Shown here piece by piece: positions 28,449 to 38,815 of a stretch of DNA of 64,000 bases. A program made the translations under genes and the position numbers. Position 1 is the first letter of the stretch; the number at the start of each line of letters is the position of its first letter. The stretch covers positions 9,410 to 73,409 of the forward strand of contig CACKSM010000002.1 of the NCBI GenBank assembly GCA_902602885.1, given 5' to 3'. The notes below the pieces were generated by a model. It had not been told where the DNA came from and searched no databases. It worked only from the letters and a program-made list of their open reading frames with translations. This DNA is from an uncultured Alphaproteobacteria bacterium. GTDB taxonomy: Bacteria; Pseudomonadota; Alphaproteobacteria; HIMB59; GCA-002718135.

Positions 28449-28502
28449 GTAATTTACACAATTACCACTTTGAATTTATAAGTCAATATTTGAGAAAACG
28501 AT

Positions 28503-29321
28503 TTATTTAAATCTTCTTCTATAAACAATATCAACAAGTAACATATGAGGAAGCGTTAAAGCAGCAAGTCCAATGAAAATTACTTTCAATATCGACTCAT
28601 ATAATGAAAAATGCTGAACTAAATAGTAAACAATTCCTAAACCTCCAATCCAAGAAATTACAGTAAAAATTATTGTGGAGTAAATAACAAAGTATTTATT
28701 TTTTAAATTTAAATAAATATTTTTAATCAGATGTTTTAAATGTTTGTAGGTGTGAAAGAAACAGAAATATATTGCAAAGCTTAGCAATGGATCAAAAAGA
28801 TAAAAAATTAATAAAAGAAATAGAATCTCAATAATTCCTTTTCGTAATTTCTTTTCGAAGAAGGAGAGATAAATAAAATATATTATAGATAATAATGTTA
28901 AAAAATATGGAATGTAAATATATTTTTGGATTGAGTAAATATTATTATTTGTCAGGTATTCAAATATCAAAAAAGATTGATATTCATTAAAAAATATTAT
29001 TCCAAAAATAATAGTCATCCCATAAGTAAAGCTTATAGAATACTTATGTTTATTTATTTTAAAATTTGTCCAATCACATAATCCAAAATGGGCGATAGTC
29101 ATTATAATAAAAATCGTTAGTGCAATAATAGGAAAATATAACCAAAATAAAATGACTAGAAAAAATAAAATTAGATAGTACAAAATAAATTGTAGAAATT
29201 GAATTCTGTTACTAAAACCTACTAAAGAAGCAACTGCACCATCAAATGAACCATGTGGAAGACCAATGAAAAAAATTAATAAAAATGAAATAATATTTAA
29301 AATTGTAAGATCGGCCAACAT
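28503..29321 (-). CDS. blh: Brp/Blh family beta-carotene 15,15'-dioxygenase
   Basis: 272 aa polytopic membrane protein. Conserved His residues occur in GLPHGSFDG, IAHFG, FFHTYKHLKH and LPHM. It is the last gene of the crt operon. Confidence 0.85.
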   Translation of the reverse strand: MLADLTILNIISFLLIFFIGLPHGSFDGAVASLVGFSNRIQFLQFILYYLILFFLVILFWLYFPIIALTIFIIMTIAHFGLCDWTNFKINKHKYSISFTYGMTIIFGIIFFNEYQSFLIFEYLTNNNIYSIQKYIYIPYFLTLLSIIYFIYLSFFEKKLRKGIIEILFLLLIFYLFDPLLSFAIYFCFFHTYKHLKHLIKNIYLNLKNKYFVIYSTIIFTVISWIGGLGIVYYLVQHFSLYESILKVIFIGLAALTLPHMLLVDIVYRRRFK

Positions 29322-29322
29322 A

Positions 29323-30405
29323 TTATTTAAATAATGCTTTTATAAAAGGGAGCTTGGGCATACTATTTATAATTTTTAACTTAGTTAGAAAATTTGATTC
29401 ACCCATCATAAAGCTTTGGAATTCATTTCCATTTAAATTAGATGCAAGCTTTATAAACGACCTTCCATCTTCTTTGTTATTTTTTAAAAAATTAATAAAA
29501 ACTTTATCCATTTTTCTTTCTAAAAAATTGTGGATATTTACATAGTTATTCTTTGAATTTTTTAATAATTGAATTTGTTTTATAAGAAATGAAAAAGCAT
29601 ATCCAGTAGAAGGTTTGCACGCACCTCCTCTAATACCAATATTGAAGATATTAGAATTAACTGACCTTTTCTCCCCTGCAAAAAACATTGGGATTACTCC
29701 TTTTTCTGAGCTATCTTCTTTAAATTTATCAATATTATTTTTCTTCAAGTAATCATTTATTTTTTCTCTATACCAGGAACCATGAAAAACATCTTTTGAA
29801 AAGACTGTCGATTCAACAAGTGCTTTATTGTGACTAAATGGTAGGATATACATAAAATGCAAAACATTATTTTCTTCCGTAAAGTGCATCAAAGTTAATT
29901 TATTTTCATTAAAAGTATTATCTGAAACGGTAATATTAATTCCAAAAAAATGTTGTAACAATTCACCTTTTTTTTCTTTTGCTGATCGTGAATCATAAAT
30001 ATTTTCAGCGTAATATATTTTGTCATCAGCAGTGACTATTTTAAAATAATTTTTTTCAGGAAAATATTGGACAACTTGTTTGTTTATGATTTCTAATTCA
30101 TTCTTTGTTTCTAAGCAAAATTTTTTCCAAGTTTTAAAACTAATGATACAGTAGGGCTTGTCTAAACTTGTATGTGTTATTTCTATATTTTTGTTACCAA
30201 TAGTCCATTTATACCATTTTTTTTCAATAATTTTTTCAAAAGGTTTCATCCAATCTGTTAACCAAAAACCAAATATATTATCTCTTTTGTTTATATTTTC
30301 AGTTTCAAATGCAATGATTTCGTTATGACCATCTCCGTAAATAATTTTATTTACAGCTAAACCACTAGGACCTAAGCCAATTATTGCAGCTTTATAAATT
30401 TTCAT
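29323..30405 (-). CDS. crtY: Lycopene beta-cyclase
   Basis: 360 aa. IIGLGPSGLA FAD/NAD fold at the N-terminus, ...GGACKPSTGY near the C-terminal third, and operon context. Confidence 0.85.
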   Translation of the reverse strand: MKIYKAAIIGLGPSGLAVNKIIYGDGHNEIIAFETENINKRDNIFGFWLTDWMKPFEKIIEKKWYKWTIGNKNIEITHTSLDKPYCIISFKTWKKFCLETKNELEIINKQVVQYFPEKNYFKIVTADDKIYYAENIYDSRSAKEKKGELLQHFFGINITVSDNTFNENKLTLMHFTEENNVLHFMYILPFSHNKALVESTVFSKDVFHGSWYREKINDYLKKNNIDKFKEDSSEKGVIPMFFAGEKRSVNSNIFNIGIRGGACKPSTGYAFSFLIKQIQLLKNSKNNYVNIHNFLERKMDKVFINFLKNNKEDGRSFIKLASNLNGNEFQSFMMGESNFLTKLKIINSMPKLPFIKALFK

Positions 30406-31273
30406 TTGGGAGATTATCTCTAATTTTTTGATACTGATATTTCATAAATGGGATAAAAATAAAAAGTAAAAATGATTTAATAGTAATTAAAGATTTTTCT
30501 AAAAAGTTTAAATATACCCTTTCTCTGAAATATTTTTTTTTATTGGATTTTATCTTGATACCAATACCTCTATAAATATTAGCCGCAACGAATATACCCA
30601 GTCTGGTAGATAGAGGGATATATTTTAAACCAGCAAAACCATTTTCATAAAACTTATCTGAAAGGCTTATTACCTCATGAATTGCATTTGATATTTTTTC
30701 ATCTTTTTCAGAACTTTTGTTATGTAGATCAGTTAAATTTTTCAATGATATATCAGGTATCCAATTGGCAGGTAAATATATTCTTTTCATTTTAGAATCC
30801 TCATAAACATCTCTTGCTATATTTGTTAACTGCATTCCAATGCCTAAATCAATTGCAGATCGTGCTGCCTTTTCATCTTTTACTCCTATAATTTTAGACA
30901 TCATTAATCCAACAGTACCAGCAACATGATAAGAGTATTTTATAAGTTCTTCCTTGTTTTGAATTCTTATTTTTTTCTGATCCAAGATTAATCCCTCTAT
31001 TAAATCAATAAAAATTAATTTGTTAATTTTGTTTTTTTGCAAAAAAATATTTACTTTATTATTTTTATTGGTCCTTATTTCTTCAATTGAATTTTTGAGA
31101 TAGATAGTTTGATCTTCACTATATTTATCAGCGATATCATCAAAATATCTACAAATTGAATAAAGAGTGCCAGCGTTTTTTTTGTATCTTTTTGGTAAAA
31201 AAAAACTTGCCCAATAAAAACTTTTACCTTCCTTTTTAAGGTCTGCAGATGAATTGAGCTTTAAATCAATCAT
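30392..31273 (-). CDS. crtB: Phytoene synthase
   Basis: 293 aa. SFYWASFFLP, YSICRYFDDIAD and LTNIARDVYED are the two Asp-rich squalene/phytoene synthase motifs. Confidence 0.92.
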   Translation of the reverse strand: MIDLKLNSSADLKKEGKSFYWASFFLPKRYKKNAGTLYSICRYFDDIADKYSEDQTIYLKNSIEEIRTNKNNKVNIFLQKNKINKLIFIDLIEGLILDQKKIRIQNKEELIKYSYHVAGTVGLMMSKIIGVKDEKAARSAIDLGIGMQLTNIARDVYEDSKMKRIYLPANWIPDISLKNLTDLHNKSSEKDEKISNAIHEVISLSDKFYENGFAGLKYIPLSTRLGIFVAANIYRGIGIKIKSNKKKYFRERVYLNFLEKSLITIKSFLLFIFIPFMKYQYQKIRDNLPNENL

Positions 31274-31275
31274 TA

Positions 31276-32751
31276 TTATTTTAATTCAGCTTTAATTATA
31301 TTTTCAACAACTTTAGCTGATGAAAGAACTCCTGGTATTCCAGCGCCTGGATGAGAGCCTGCCGCTGAAAAATATAGGTTTTTAATTTTTTTATCTTTGT
31401 TGTGATACCTAAACCAGGCTGACTGTGTAAAGATTGGAGCTATAGAGAAACCAGCTCCGTGCATAGAATTGTAATCGTTTTTAAAATCTTTAGGATTCAT
31501 CCAAAAAACATCGGTGATATTGTTTTCTAAATCTGGCATAATTGTTTTAGACAATTCTTTAACTATTTTATTTTTAAGATTTTCCGATTCAACATCCCAA
31601 TTAATGTTGCCTTGTAAATTAGGTACTGGACATAAAACGTAGAAACTATCACAGCCTTCTGGAGCAAAAGATTTGTCAGTTGCAGTAGGTCTATGAATAT
31701 ATAAAGAAAAATCTTCAGATAATATTTTATTTTTAAATATATCATGAAGCAAAGATTTAAATCTTTCAGTCATCCAAATAGTGTGGTGAGCGACCTTATG
31801 ATATTGCTTTTTTGTTCCAAAAAAAAGCACAAAGAGACCCATTGAATACAATAAGTTTTTTTCTCTTAATATAGGTCTTCTTAAATTTTGTTTTTTTAAA
31901 AGTTTGGAATAAACCATTGGTGGGTCAGCGTTGCAAACAACTAGGTCTAGATCAGTAATATCTTCATTGTTTGTTAATATTTTTGTAATCTTATTATTTT
32001 CAACAATAAACTCTTTAGCTTCTGTGTTAGTCTTAATTTTAACACCACAATCAACCATTAATTTTTTTAATTCAGATACAATTTTACCAGTACCACCCAT
32101 ACAAAAAAACACACCCCATTTTCTCTCTAAATAATGAATTAAAGCATAAATCGATGTTGTTGTATGTGGATCGCCTCCAACTAAAAGAGGGTGAATTGAA
32201 AATGCTTTTCTAAGGTAAGGGTTTTTTAGATAACTGTTTACAAGTTGAGATACTGTAAAATAACTTTTTAAAATAATTAAATTGGGAATGACGCCTAACA
32301 TTTTAAAAAAAGAAATGAATGGTTTATCAGCTAGTTTTGTAAAACCCACATCAAATATTTTTTTTGATTGATTTAAGAGGTTAGAATATCCTTTTATGTC
32401 CCTTTTATCAAATTTACTTATCTCACTGTTTGTTTTTTCAACTGTAGAACAATAATCAAAAGTCTTACCATCATGAAAGTAATATCTATACCAGGGTTCA
32501 AGAGGAACAAAACTCAAATAATCTTCTCTTTTTTTTCCAAATAAACTAAATAATTCATCAAAAAGAAATGGTGCTGTTATCACCGTTGGTCCAGCATCAT
32601 GTTTAAACCCATTCACTTCAAAAACTCTTGCTCTTCCTCCAAGGTCGTCTAATTTTTCAATAATTGTTGTCTCATAGCCTAATTTTTTTAATCTTAAACT
32701 AATCGCAATTCCTCCAAAACCACTTCCTATAACTACTGCTTTTTTTCCCAT
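31276..32751 (-). CDS. crtI: Phytoene desaturase
   Basis: 491 aa. KAVVIGSGFGGIA dinucleotide fold, GGR., and C-terminal YFSAAGSHPGAGIPGV. Confidence 0.93.
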   Translation of the reverse strand: MGKKAVVIGSGFGGIAISLRLKKLGYETTIIEKLDDLGGRARVFEVNGFKHDAGPTVITAPFLFDELFSLFGKKREDYLSFVPLEPWYRYYFHDGKTFDYCSTVEKTNSEISKFDKRDIKGYSNLLNQSKKIFDVGFTKLADKPFISFFKMLGVIPNLIILKSYFTVSQLVNSYLKNPYLRKAFSIHPLLVGGDPHTTTSIYALIHYLERKWGVFFCMGGTGKIVSELKKLMVDCGVKIKTNTEAKEFIVENNKITKILTNNEDITDLDLVVCNADPPMVYSKLLKKQNLRRPILREKNLLYSMGLFVLFFGTKKQYHKVAHHTIWMTERFKSLLHDIFKNKILSEDFSLYIHRPTATDKSFAPEGCDSFYVLCPVPNLQGNINWDVESENLKNKIVKELSKTIMPDLENNITDVFWMNPKDFKNDYNSMHGAGFSIAPIFTQSAWFRYHNKDKKIKNLYFSAAGSHPGAGIPGVLSSAKVVENIIKAELK

Positions 32752-32808
32752 TGTTAATTTTCTAATTGTATTTAAATACCTTATTTCTTAATAAATATAA
32801 TATTATTT

Positions 32809-33321
32809 ATGCTTACAAAGACAGATTTATTTGAATTACTTAGTGTAAAAAATAAAGATTTTCAAATTCATGATCATGATCCTTTATTTACAGTTGAAGA
32901 TTCTGAAAATCTAAGAGGTGAAATTAAAGGGGCCCATACAAAAAATTTATTTCTAAAAAATAAAAAAAATAATTTTTTTCTTTTTAGTTGTGATGAAAAT
33001 GCAAAGGTTGATTTAAAGCAATTTTCTAAATCTATCGATGCTAAAAATTTATCATTTGCTAATGCTGAATATTTAGAACAATTTTTGGGTATAAAGCCAG
33101 GATCAGTCTCACCATTTGCCCTTCTTAATGACAAAAATAATGTTGTTAAGTTTTACTTAGATGAAAAACTTTTTAACAGTGAAATAATTAATTTCCACCC
33201 CCTAATTAATACCACAACTATAAGTATAAAGACTTCAGAGTTTATAAACTTCCTCCTTGAAAATAATAAAAAAATTCATATTTTTTCTCTAGATAGTTAT
33301 AGTATAGTCAAATCTTTATGA
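32809..33321 (+). CDS. YbaK/ProX-type aminoacyl-tRNA trans-editing domain protein
   Basis: 170 aa. H.H.P.FTVEDS, AHTKNLFLK and GIKPGSVSPFAL. Confidence 0.75.
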   Translation: MLTKTDLFELLSVKNKDFQIHDHDPLFTVEDSENLRGEIKGAHTKNLFLKNKKNNFFLFSCDENAKVDLKQFSKSIDAKNLSFANAEYLEQFLGIKPGSVSPFALLNDKNNVVKFYLDEKLFNSEIINFHPLINTTTISIKTSEFINFLLENNKKIHIFSLDSYSIVKSL

Positions 33322-34184
33322 GTGAAAATTCAAATATAATCGATGTTACAGAAACAGAGTTTAATGATCAGGTTATTGAGGCAAGTGAAAGTAAATTAAT
33401 TGTTGTTGATTTTTGGGCTCCTTGGTGTGGTCCTTGTAAACAATTAACACCAATTTTAGAAAAAATAATATCAAAATCAGGAGATAAAATAACCTTAGTA
33501 AAAATTAATATTGATGAAAATCAACAAATTGCTGCGCAATTAAGAATTCAATCAATTCCTACAGTCTATGCATTTAAAGATAAACAAATTGTTAATGCAT
33601 TTCAGGGTGCTATTCCTGAAGGTCAGATTATTGAATTTATTGAAAAATGCTTAGGATCAAAAATTAACGAAGATTTCACTGAATTTTACAATGAAATAGA
33701 AAGCGCCATGGCTGAAAATAAGTATGAAGAAACTAAAGACACTCTTCTAGAATTTATTTCTAAAAACTCAGATGAAATTAGAGGTATTTGTTTTTATTTA
33801 GAGTGTTTGATCGAACTCAAACAATTTGAGGAAGTTGATGTCTTCATTAACTCATTAGAAAAAGATGTGCAAGAAAAGGATGAGGTTAAACAGGTTTTAA
33901 AGAAGATGGAAATTTTGAAAAATAATTCATCCGGACCAGATATAAATGAGCTACTTGATAAGCTTGAGAGTGAACCGGATAATATTGATTTGATTTTAGA
34001 AATATCAGATAAATATTTTTCAATGAAAGAATATGAAAATGGAATGGATTTGCTTCTAAAAAATTATCCAAAAAACAAGGATAGTATAAAAAATAAGATG
34101 GTAGAATTTTTTGGTGTACTTGGAAATACTGATCAAGTTACTATTCAATATAGGAAGAAGCTTTCACAATTAATGTTTTCCTAA
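33318..34184 (+). CDS. Thioredoxin-domain/TPR-like co-chaperone (YbbN/CnoX-like)
   Basis: 288 aa. An N-terminal thioredoxin fold with FWAPWCGPCK is followed by a C-terminal helical TPR-like half. Confidence 0.85.
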   Translation: MSENSNIIDVTETEFNDQVIEASESKLIVVDFWAPWCGPCKQLTPILEKIISKSGDKITLVKINIDENQQIAAQLRIQSIPTVYAFKDKQIVNAFQGAIPEGQIIEFIEKCLGSKINEDFTEFYNEIESAMAENKYEETKDTLLEFISKNSDEIRGICFYLECLIELKQFEEVDVFINSLEKDVQEKDEVKQVLKKMEILKNNSSGPDINELLDKLESEPDNIDLILEISDKYFSMKEYENGMDLLLKNYPKNKDSIKNKMVEFFGVLGNTDQVTIQYRKKLSQLMFS

Positions 34185-34185
34185 C

Positions 34186-34779
34186 ATGGAAATCCCTATC
34201 TTTCCTTTAAACGGCGCCGTCCTTTTTCCAGGAACAAGCTTGCCTCTGAATATATTTGAAAAGAGATATCTTGAGATGGTGGACTACGCTCTCTCAAAGG
34301 AAAGGTGCATAGGCATGATACAATCTGATAAAAAAAATAAACTCTATAATATTGGTTGTATTGGAAAAATTCATAGTTTTAGTGAAACGACGGATGGACG
34401 ATATTTAATTAGTCTACAGGGCACTAATTGTTTTAAAGTTAAAAAAGAATTAGAAAAAAAATATAAGTTTAGGTTGGTTGAAGCTGAAATGTTAGATTTT
34501 GATGAAGATAAAAACATTATAAATGAAAAACAAAAAAATAATCTATTAGATAAGTATAGCCAATATATTAAAGTCAAAAAAATTAACTTAAACTTAGAAG
34601 AAATTCAAAATATTGATTTTAATCAAATTATTAAGTTTATAGCAATGATATCCCCTTTTAGTGACATTGAAAAACAGGCTCTTTTGGAAACAAAAAATTT
34701 AAATGATTTTTATAAAAAACTTCAATCAATATTAGAGCTTGAGATCGTAGAAGATAATAGTAGTAAAACTATTAATTAA
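34186..34779 (+). CDS. LON N-terminal (substrate-binding) domain protein
   Basis: 197 aa. IPIFPLNGAVLFPGTSLPLNIFEKRY is the canonical LON_substr_bdg start. Confidence 0.8.
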   Translation: MEIPIFPLNGAVLFPGTSLPLNIFEKRYLEMVDYALSKERCIGMIQSDKKNKLYNIGCIGKIHSFSETTDGRYLISLQGTNCFKVKKELEKKYKFRLVEAEMLDFDEDKNIINEKQKNNLLDKYSQYIKVKKINLNLEEIQNIDFNQIIKFIAMISPFSDIEKQALLETKNLNDFYKKLQSILELEIVEDNSSKTIN

Positions 34780-35953
34780 CGCCCATCGCAAAATCACTAA
34801 TCTGATTTTTTAATTTTTTACTTTTCTCAATTAAATTGATAGCTGAAAACCTTGCATAATTAAAAATTGTATTGTCTGATTTAAAGAGACTATCAACTTT
34901 ATCGGTGATTTGATACAGTCTATAAGCTTTGAAAAAATTATCTTTCTGAAATTCTTTACAAAATATTTCATCTCCTAATTCCAAACCTAGAGAGTTATAT
35001 TTTTTAACAAGATTATATATACTTTCGACATCTTGCATTCCTAGATTCCATCCTTGTCCTGCGATTGGATGAAATGAGTGAGCTGAATCACCTAAATAAA
35101 TAATTCTATTCTCAAAAAATTTAGAGTTTAAATGAGCCTTTAAAGGAAAGGTTTGTTTGGTGATTATTTTTTTTATCTCACCCACGCTGTCCTGTATTTT
35201 TTCATTTAGAATGGAAATAATATTATTATCATCTAAAGAAAGTAAAGAGTTTATAAATTCATTAGTGTTTGTCCAAACTATGGAACTTTGAAACTGGTTT
35301 TTATTTATTTGCATTGGTAAGATTGCAAGAGGTCCGTTTTTAAAGAAGAACTCGTAAGCAGTGTTATTATGATTCTTTGAGTGATAAAAATTTATTACAA
35401 TTGCTTTTTTTTTATAATCTTTTCTATAAATTGGTGTTTTAAAAATTTTTCTTATGAAGCTATTTTTCCCATCACATGCAAATAGGATATTTGTATTAAC
35501 ATAGAAATTATTTTGCTTGGTTACTATCCTATCGCCTTGATAAAAAATATCTTTAACTGAAACATTGTTAAAAATTTCTACATTTTTTTGTTTTCGTAAT
35601 TTTTTATACAAGCAACTAAGTATAAACTCGTTTTTAACTATGTATCCAAGATTAGATTTTCTTCTTTGGTTGTCAAAATAAATTTTGTTTGATTGATTTC
35701 TGTCTATTATCTCAATATTCTTTATTGGCTCTGCGTAATTACCAATTTCATTCCAAATATTTATTTCTTCAAGAAATTTTTTTGTACCCTCTGAAATTGC
35801 AGTTGTTCTTTTGTCTAAAATATTTTTATGATTAAATTTAGCATTTTGCTCTAAAACTACTACTTTATTGCCAAGTTTAGAAAGTGAATATGCTGTTATA
35901 GCACCTATCAGCCCTCCTCCTACTATATTGATATTTGATTGAATTTCTTTCAT
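34772..35953 (-). CDS. UbiH/UbiF/VisC/COQ6 family FAD-dependent ubiquinone-biosynthesis hydroxylase
   Basis: 393 aa. IVGGGLIGA and GDSAHSFHPIAGQGWNLGMQD. Confidence 0.85.
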   Translation of the reverse strand: MKEIQSNINIVGGGLIGAITAYSLSKLGNKVVVLEQNAKFNHKNILDKRTTAISEGTKKFLEEINIWNEIGNYAEPIKNIEIIDRNQSNKIYFDNQRRKSNLGYIVKNEFILSCLYKKLRKQKNVEIFNNVSVKDIFYQGDRIVTKQNNFYVNTNILFACDGKNSFIRKIFKTPIYRKDYKKKAIVINFYHSKNHNNTAYEFFFKNGPLAILPMQINKNQFQSSIVWTNTNEFINSLLSLDDNNIISILNEKIQDSVGEIKKIITKQTFPLKAHLNSKFFENRIIYLGDSAHSFHPIAGQGWNLGMQDVESIYNLVKKYNSLGLELGDEIFCKEFQKDNFFKAYRLYQITDKVDSLFKSDNTIFNYARFSAINLIEKSKKLKNQISDFAMGVN

Positions 35954-36000
35954 AATTTTCTTCGAATTACCATAATCTAAATGTATTACAATCTAACTAT

Positions 36001-38235
36001 ATGTTCAAGTATGGTTCAATTAGAAATTTTATTGTTAAATTTTTAGTAGGAATAATTTTATTTGGATTTGGCCTAATTTATTTTACCAGTCTCTATTCAT
36101 ATTCAGCAAATGATCCGGGTTTTAATCAATTAAATTACAATATTAATGACAGCAATATTGAAAATCTTATGGGTTTCTTTGGTGCTTATTTATCAAGTTA
36201 TTCATTAATTTTTATTGGAACACTAAGTTATTTATTGGTGTTTTTTATAATACTAGAAGGTGGAAAATTGTTTTTAGGTATTAATAGTAGATTTATAATT
36301 TTGAAATTTTTATCTAACCTGTCAGGAATAATTCTTATTAATGTTTCCATAAAATCAGTAGATATAAACTTTTTAAAAACAGGTTTAGTTTCACAGTTCC
36401 TAATCGATTTATTAACAAATATAAATTTAAATTTTCTAGAAAATATTTTTGTTTTTTTAATTATAAATTTTTTACTTTTAGTATTTGGTGTAATTTTAAT
36501 ATTTTTATCATTTAGAATAAATTTATCTTGGGTAAATAAATTATTTACTTTCTTAAAATTTTTTAAATATTTTAAGTTTTTATTTTCTGTGCTTGGTTTA
36601 TTTAAATATATAAATTTTAGAAAAAAAGTTTCAAACAAAACATTAAGAAGTGAGCCAACAATTAAGAAAAGAAATTATGTTAATTTAAACAAAAAAGATA
36701 ATAATAATCATAAAGCTAATAAACAACTTGAGCTAGATAATTTTAGCTTTAGCGTTCCATCTAAAAATCTACTTTCGAAATCAAATTTAAAAAATAATAA
36801 AAATAGAGAATTGGAAAAAATAAATACTGATGCTGCTATTAAGTTAGAAAGAACATTATCTGAATATGGTGTTGAAGGAAAAATAGTTGGTTTTAGTAGT
36901 GGTCCAATTGTAACTTTATTTGAATTTATTCCAAATGCAGGAATAAAATCTAGTAAAATAATAGGTTTGTCTGATGATATTGCTAGAGCAATGTCTTCTA
37001 TTTCAGCTAGAATTTCAACCCAACCTGGTAAGACAAGCTTAGGTATCGAAATACCAAATACTAAAAGAGATAGTGTTTTATTTGGTGATTTAGTTGAAGA
37101 AGATGAATTTGAAATTGAAAATGATTGCCTTACTCTTGCGTTAGGAAAAGATATATCTGGAAAAAGTATTTTTGCAAATTTAGAGCGAATGCCACATCTA
37201 CTAATAGCGGGAACAACTGGTTCGGGAAAATCCGTGGGTATAAACACAATGATATTAAGCATACTTTACAAATTTAAACCTAATGAATGCAAACTAATAT
37301 TAATTGATCCTAAAATGCTAGAATTGAGTATTTATGAAGATATTCCACATCTTTTAACACCTGTAGTTACTGACCCAAAGAAAGCTGTATTTGCTCTTAA
37401 GTGGGTAGTTAGAGAAATGGAAAATAGATATAAGTTAATGAGCTCATTAAATGTAAAAAATATAGATTCTTATAATGATAAAGTTTTAAGGACTATTTCA
37501 TCTGGAAGAAAACTTTTTAGGGAGGTTCAAACAGGTATAGATGATGATACAAAGATGCCAATTATTGAAAAACAAGAAATTATTCTTGAAAAAATGCCTT
37601 TTATTGTTGTGGTGATTGATGAGATGGCGGATTTGATGATGGTGGCAGGAAAAGAAGTTGAGTCATTGGTTCAAAGATTAGCACAAATGGCAAGAGCATC
37701 TGGAATTCACTTAATTACAGCCACACAAAGACCTAGTGTTGATGTAATTACAGGGACAATAAAAGCAAATTTTCCTAGTCGTATTAGTTATAAAGTATCA
37801 AGTAAATTTGATAGCAGGACAATACTTAACGAAATGGGTGCTGAACAATTATTGGGTAGTGGTGACATGTTGTTTTTAGAAAATGGCGGTATAATAAAAA
37901 GGTTGCACGGTGGTTTTGTGTCAGAAAATGAAGTTGAAAAAGTTGTTAATTTTATAAAACAACAGGCTACATTTGATCATAAAAAAGAAATATCATTATC
38001 AGAAGAAGGGCTAAGCGTTTCAAATTCAGACGATTTAATTTCAAATAATAATGATGATCTTTATGGTAAGGCAGTTGATATTGTTATTAAACAACAAAAA
38101 GTTTCAACAAGCTATATTCAGAGATATCTTCAGATCGGCTATAATAGAGCCGCAAGAATAGTGGAAAAGATGGAAGAGGATGGAATTATTAGCGAAGCAA
38201 ATAACGCAGGCAAAAGACATGTTCTTAAAAAATGA
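36001..38235 (+). CDS. ftsK: DNA translocase FtsK
   Basis: 744 aa. N-terminal TM helices and a low-complexity linker precede IAGTTGSGKS Walker A, VVVIDEMADL Walker B and a gamma winged-helix (STSYIQRYLQIGYNRAARIVE). Confidence 0.95.
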   Translation: MFKYGSIRNFIVKFLVGIILFGFGLIYFTSLYSYSANDPGFNQLNYNINDSNIENLMGFFGAYLSSYSLIFIGTLSYLLVFFIILEGGKLFLGINSRFIILKFLSNLSGIILINVSIKSVDINFLKTGLVSQFLIDLLTNINLNFLENIFVFLIINFLLLVFGVILIFLSFRINLSWVNKLFTFLKFFKYFKFLFSVLGLFKYINFRKKVSNKTLRSEPTIKKRNYVNLNKKDNNNHKANKQLELDNFSFSVPSKNLLSKSNLKNNKNRELEKINTDAAIKLERTLSEYGVEGKIVGFSSGPIVTLFEFIPNAGIKSSKIIGLSDDIARAMSSISARISTQPGKTSLGIEIPNTKRDSVLFGDLVEEDEFEIENDCLTLALGKDISGKSIFANLERMPHLLIAGTTGSGKSVGINTMILSILYKFKPNECKLILIDPKMLELSIYEDIPHLLTPVVTDPKKAVFALKWVVREMENRYKLMSSLNVKNIDSYNDKVLRTISSGRKLFREVQTGIDDDTKMPIIEKQEIILEKMPFIVVVIDEMADLMMVAGKEVESLVQRLAQMARASGIHLITATQRPSVDVITGTIKANFPSRISYKVSSKFDSRTILNEMGAEQLLGSGDMLFLENGGIIKRLHGGFVSENEVEKVVNFIKQQATFDHKKEISLSEEGLSVSNSDDLISNNNDDLYGKAVDIVIKQQKVSTSYIQRYLQIGYNRAARIVEKMEEDGIISEANNAGKRHVLKK

Positions 38236-38815
38236 AAAGTATTTATTATTTATATTAATAATAGTTTTTTATTTTTTTGGGTCTAAAGCATATTCAGCTT
38301 CTGAGGACAAAGCAGAGGCATTAAATTACTTAAGTACACTAAGTGATTTCTCTGCTTCATTCATACAAAGTGATGGAGATAACTTAAGTGAAGGCAAGGT
38401 ATACATAGGTAAAAAAAGAGTTAGGGCTGAGTATTTTTTACCAACGAAAATTCTAATAATCTTAGCAGAAGATAAGGCGATGTATTACGATTACGAGCTT
38501 GAAGAAGATGAGTTTTTTAATCCAAAAAATACTAATGCTTGGTTCTTTTATGATATCTTTAGAAACCCTTATTTTTTTGAAGATGGAAAAGTAGAAGTAA
38601 AAAATAATGAGCTATTATTAGAAAAAAAGGGGATTGATAATGAAGAAAAAAATTTTGTTATAAGAGTATTATTTGAGAAACAGCCATTGATATTAAGAGG
38701 AATAGAAGTGGTAGTTAATGATGATATTCTTAAGTTATCAATTTATAACCATAATTACAATGAGGTTTTTGATAAAAATTTTTTTAAACTTATAAATCCT
38801 AATTTTTTAAATTAA
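38219..38815 (+). CDS. lolA: Outer-membrane lipoprotein carrier LolA-like protein
   Basis: ATG 38219 gives the signal peptide MFLKNEKYLLFILIIVFYFFGSKAYS. The F.Q......S.G..YI....R.EY pattern fits LolA, and the gene follows ftsK as in many proteobacteria. The track ORF starts earlier (38180), inside ftsK. Confidence 0.7.
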   Translation: MFLKNEKYLLFILIIVFYFFGSKAYSASEDKAEALNYLSTLSDFSASFIQSDGDNLSEGKVYIGKKRVRAEYFLPTKILIILAEDKAMYYDYELEEDEFFNPKNTNAWFFYDIFRNPYFFEDGKVEVKNNELLLEKKGIDNEEKNFVIRVLFEKQPLILRGIEVVVNDDILKLSIYNHNYNEVFDKNFFKLINPNFLN

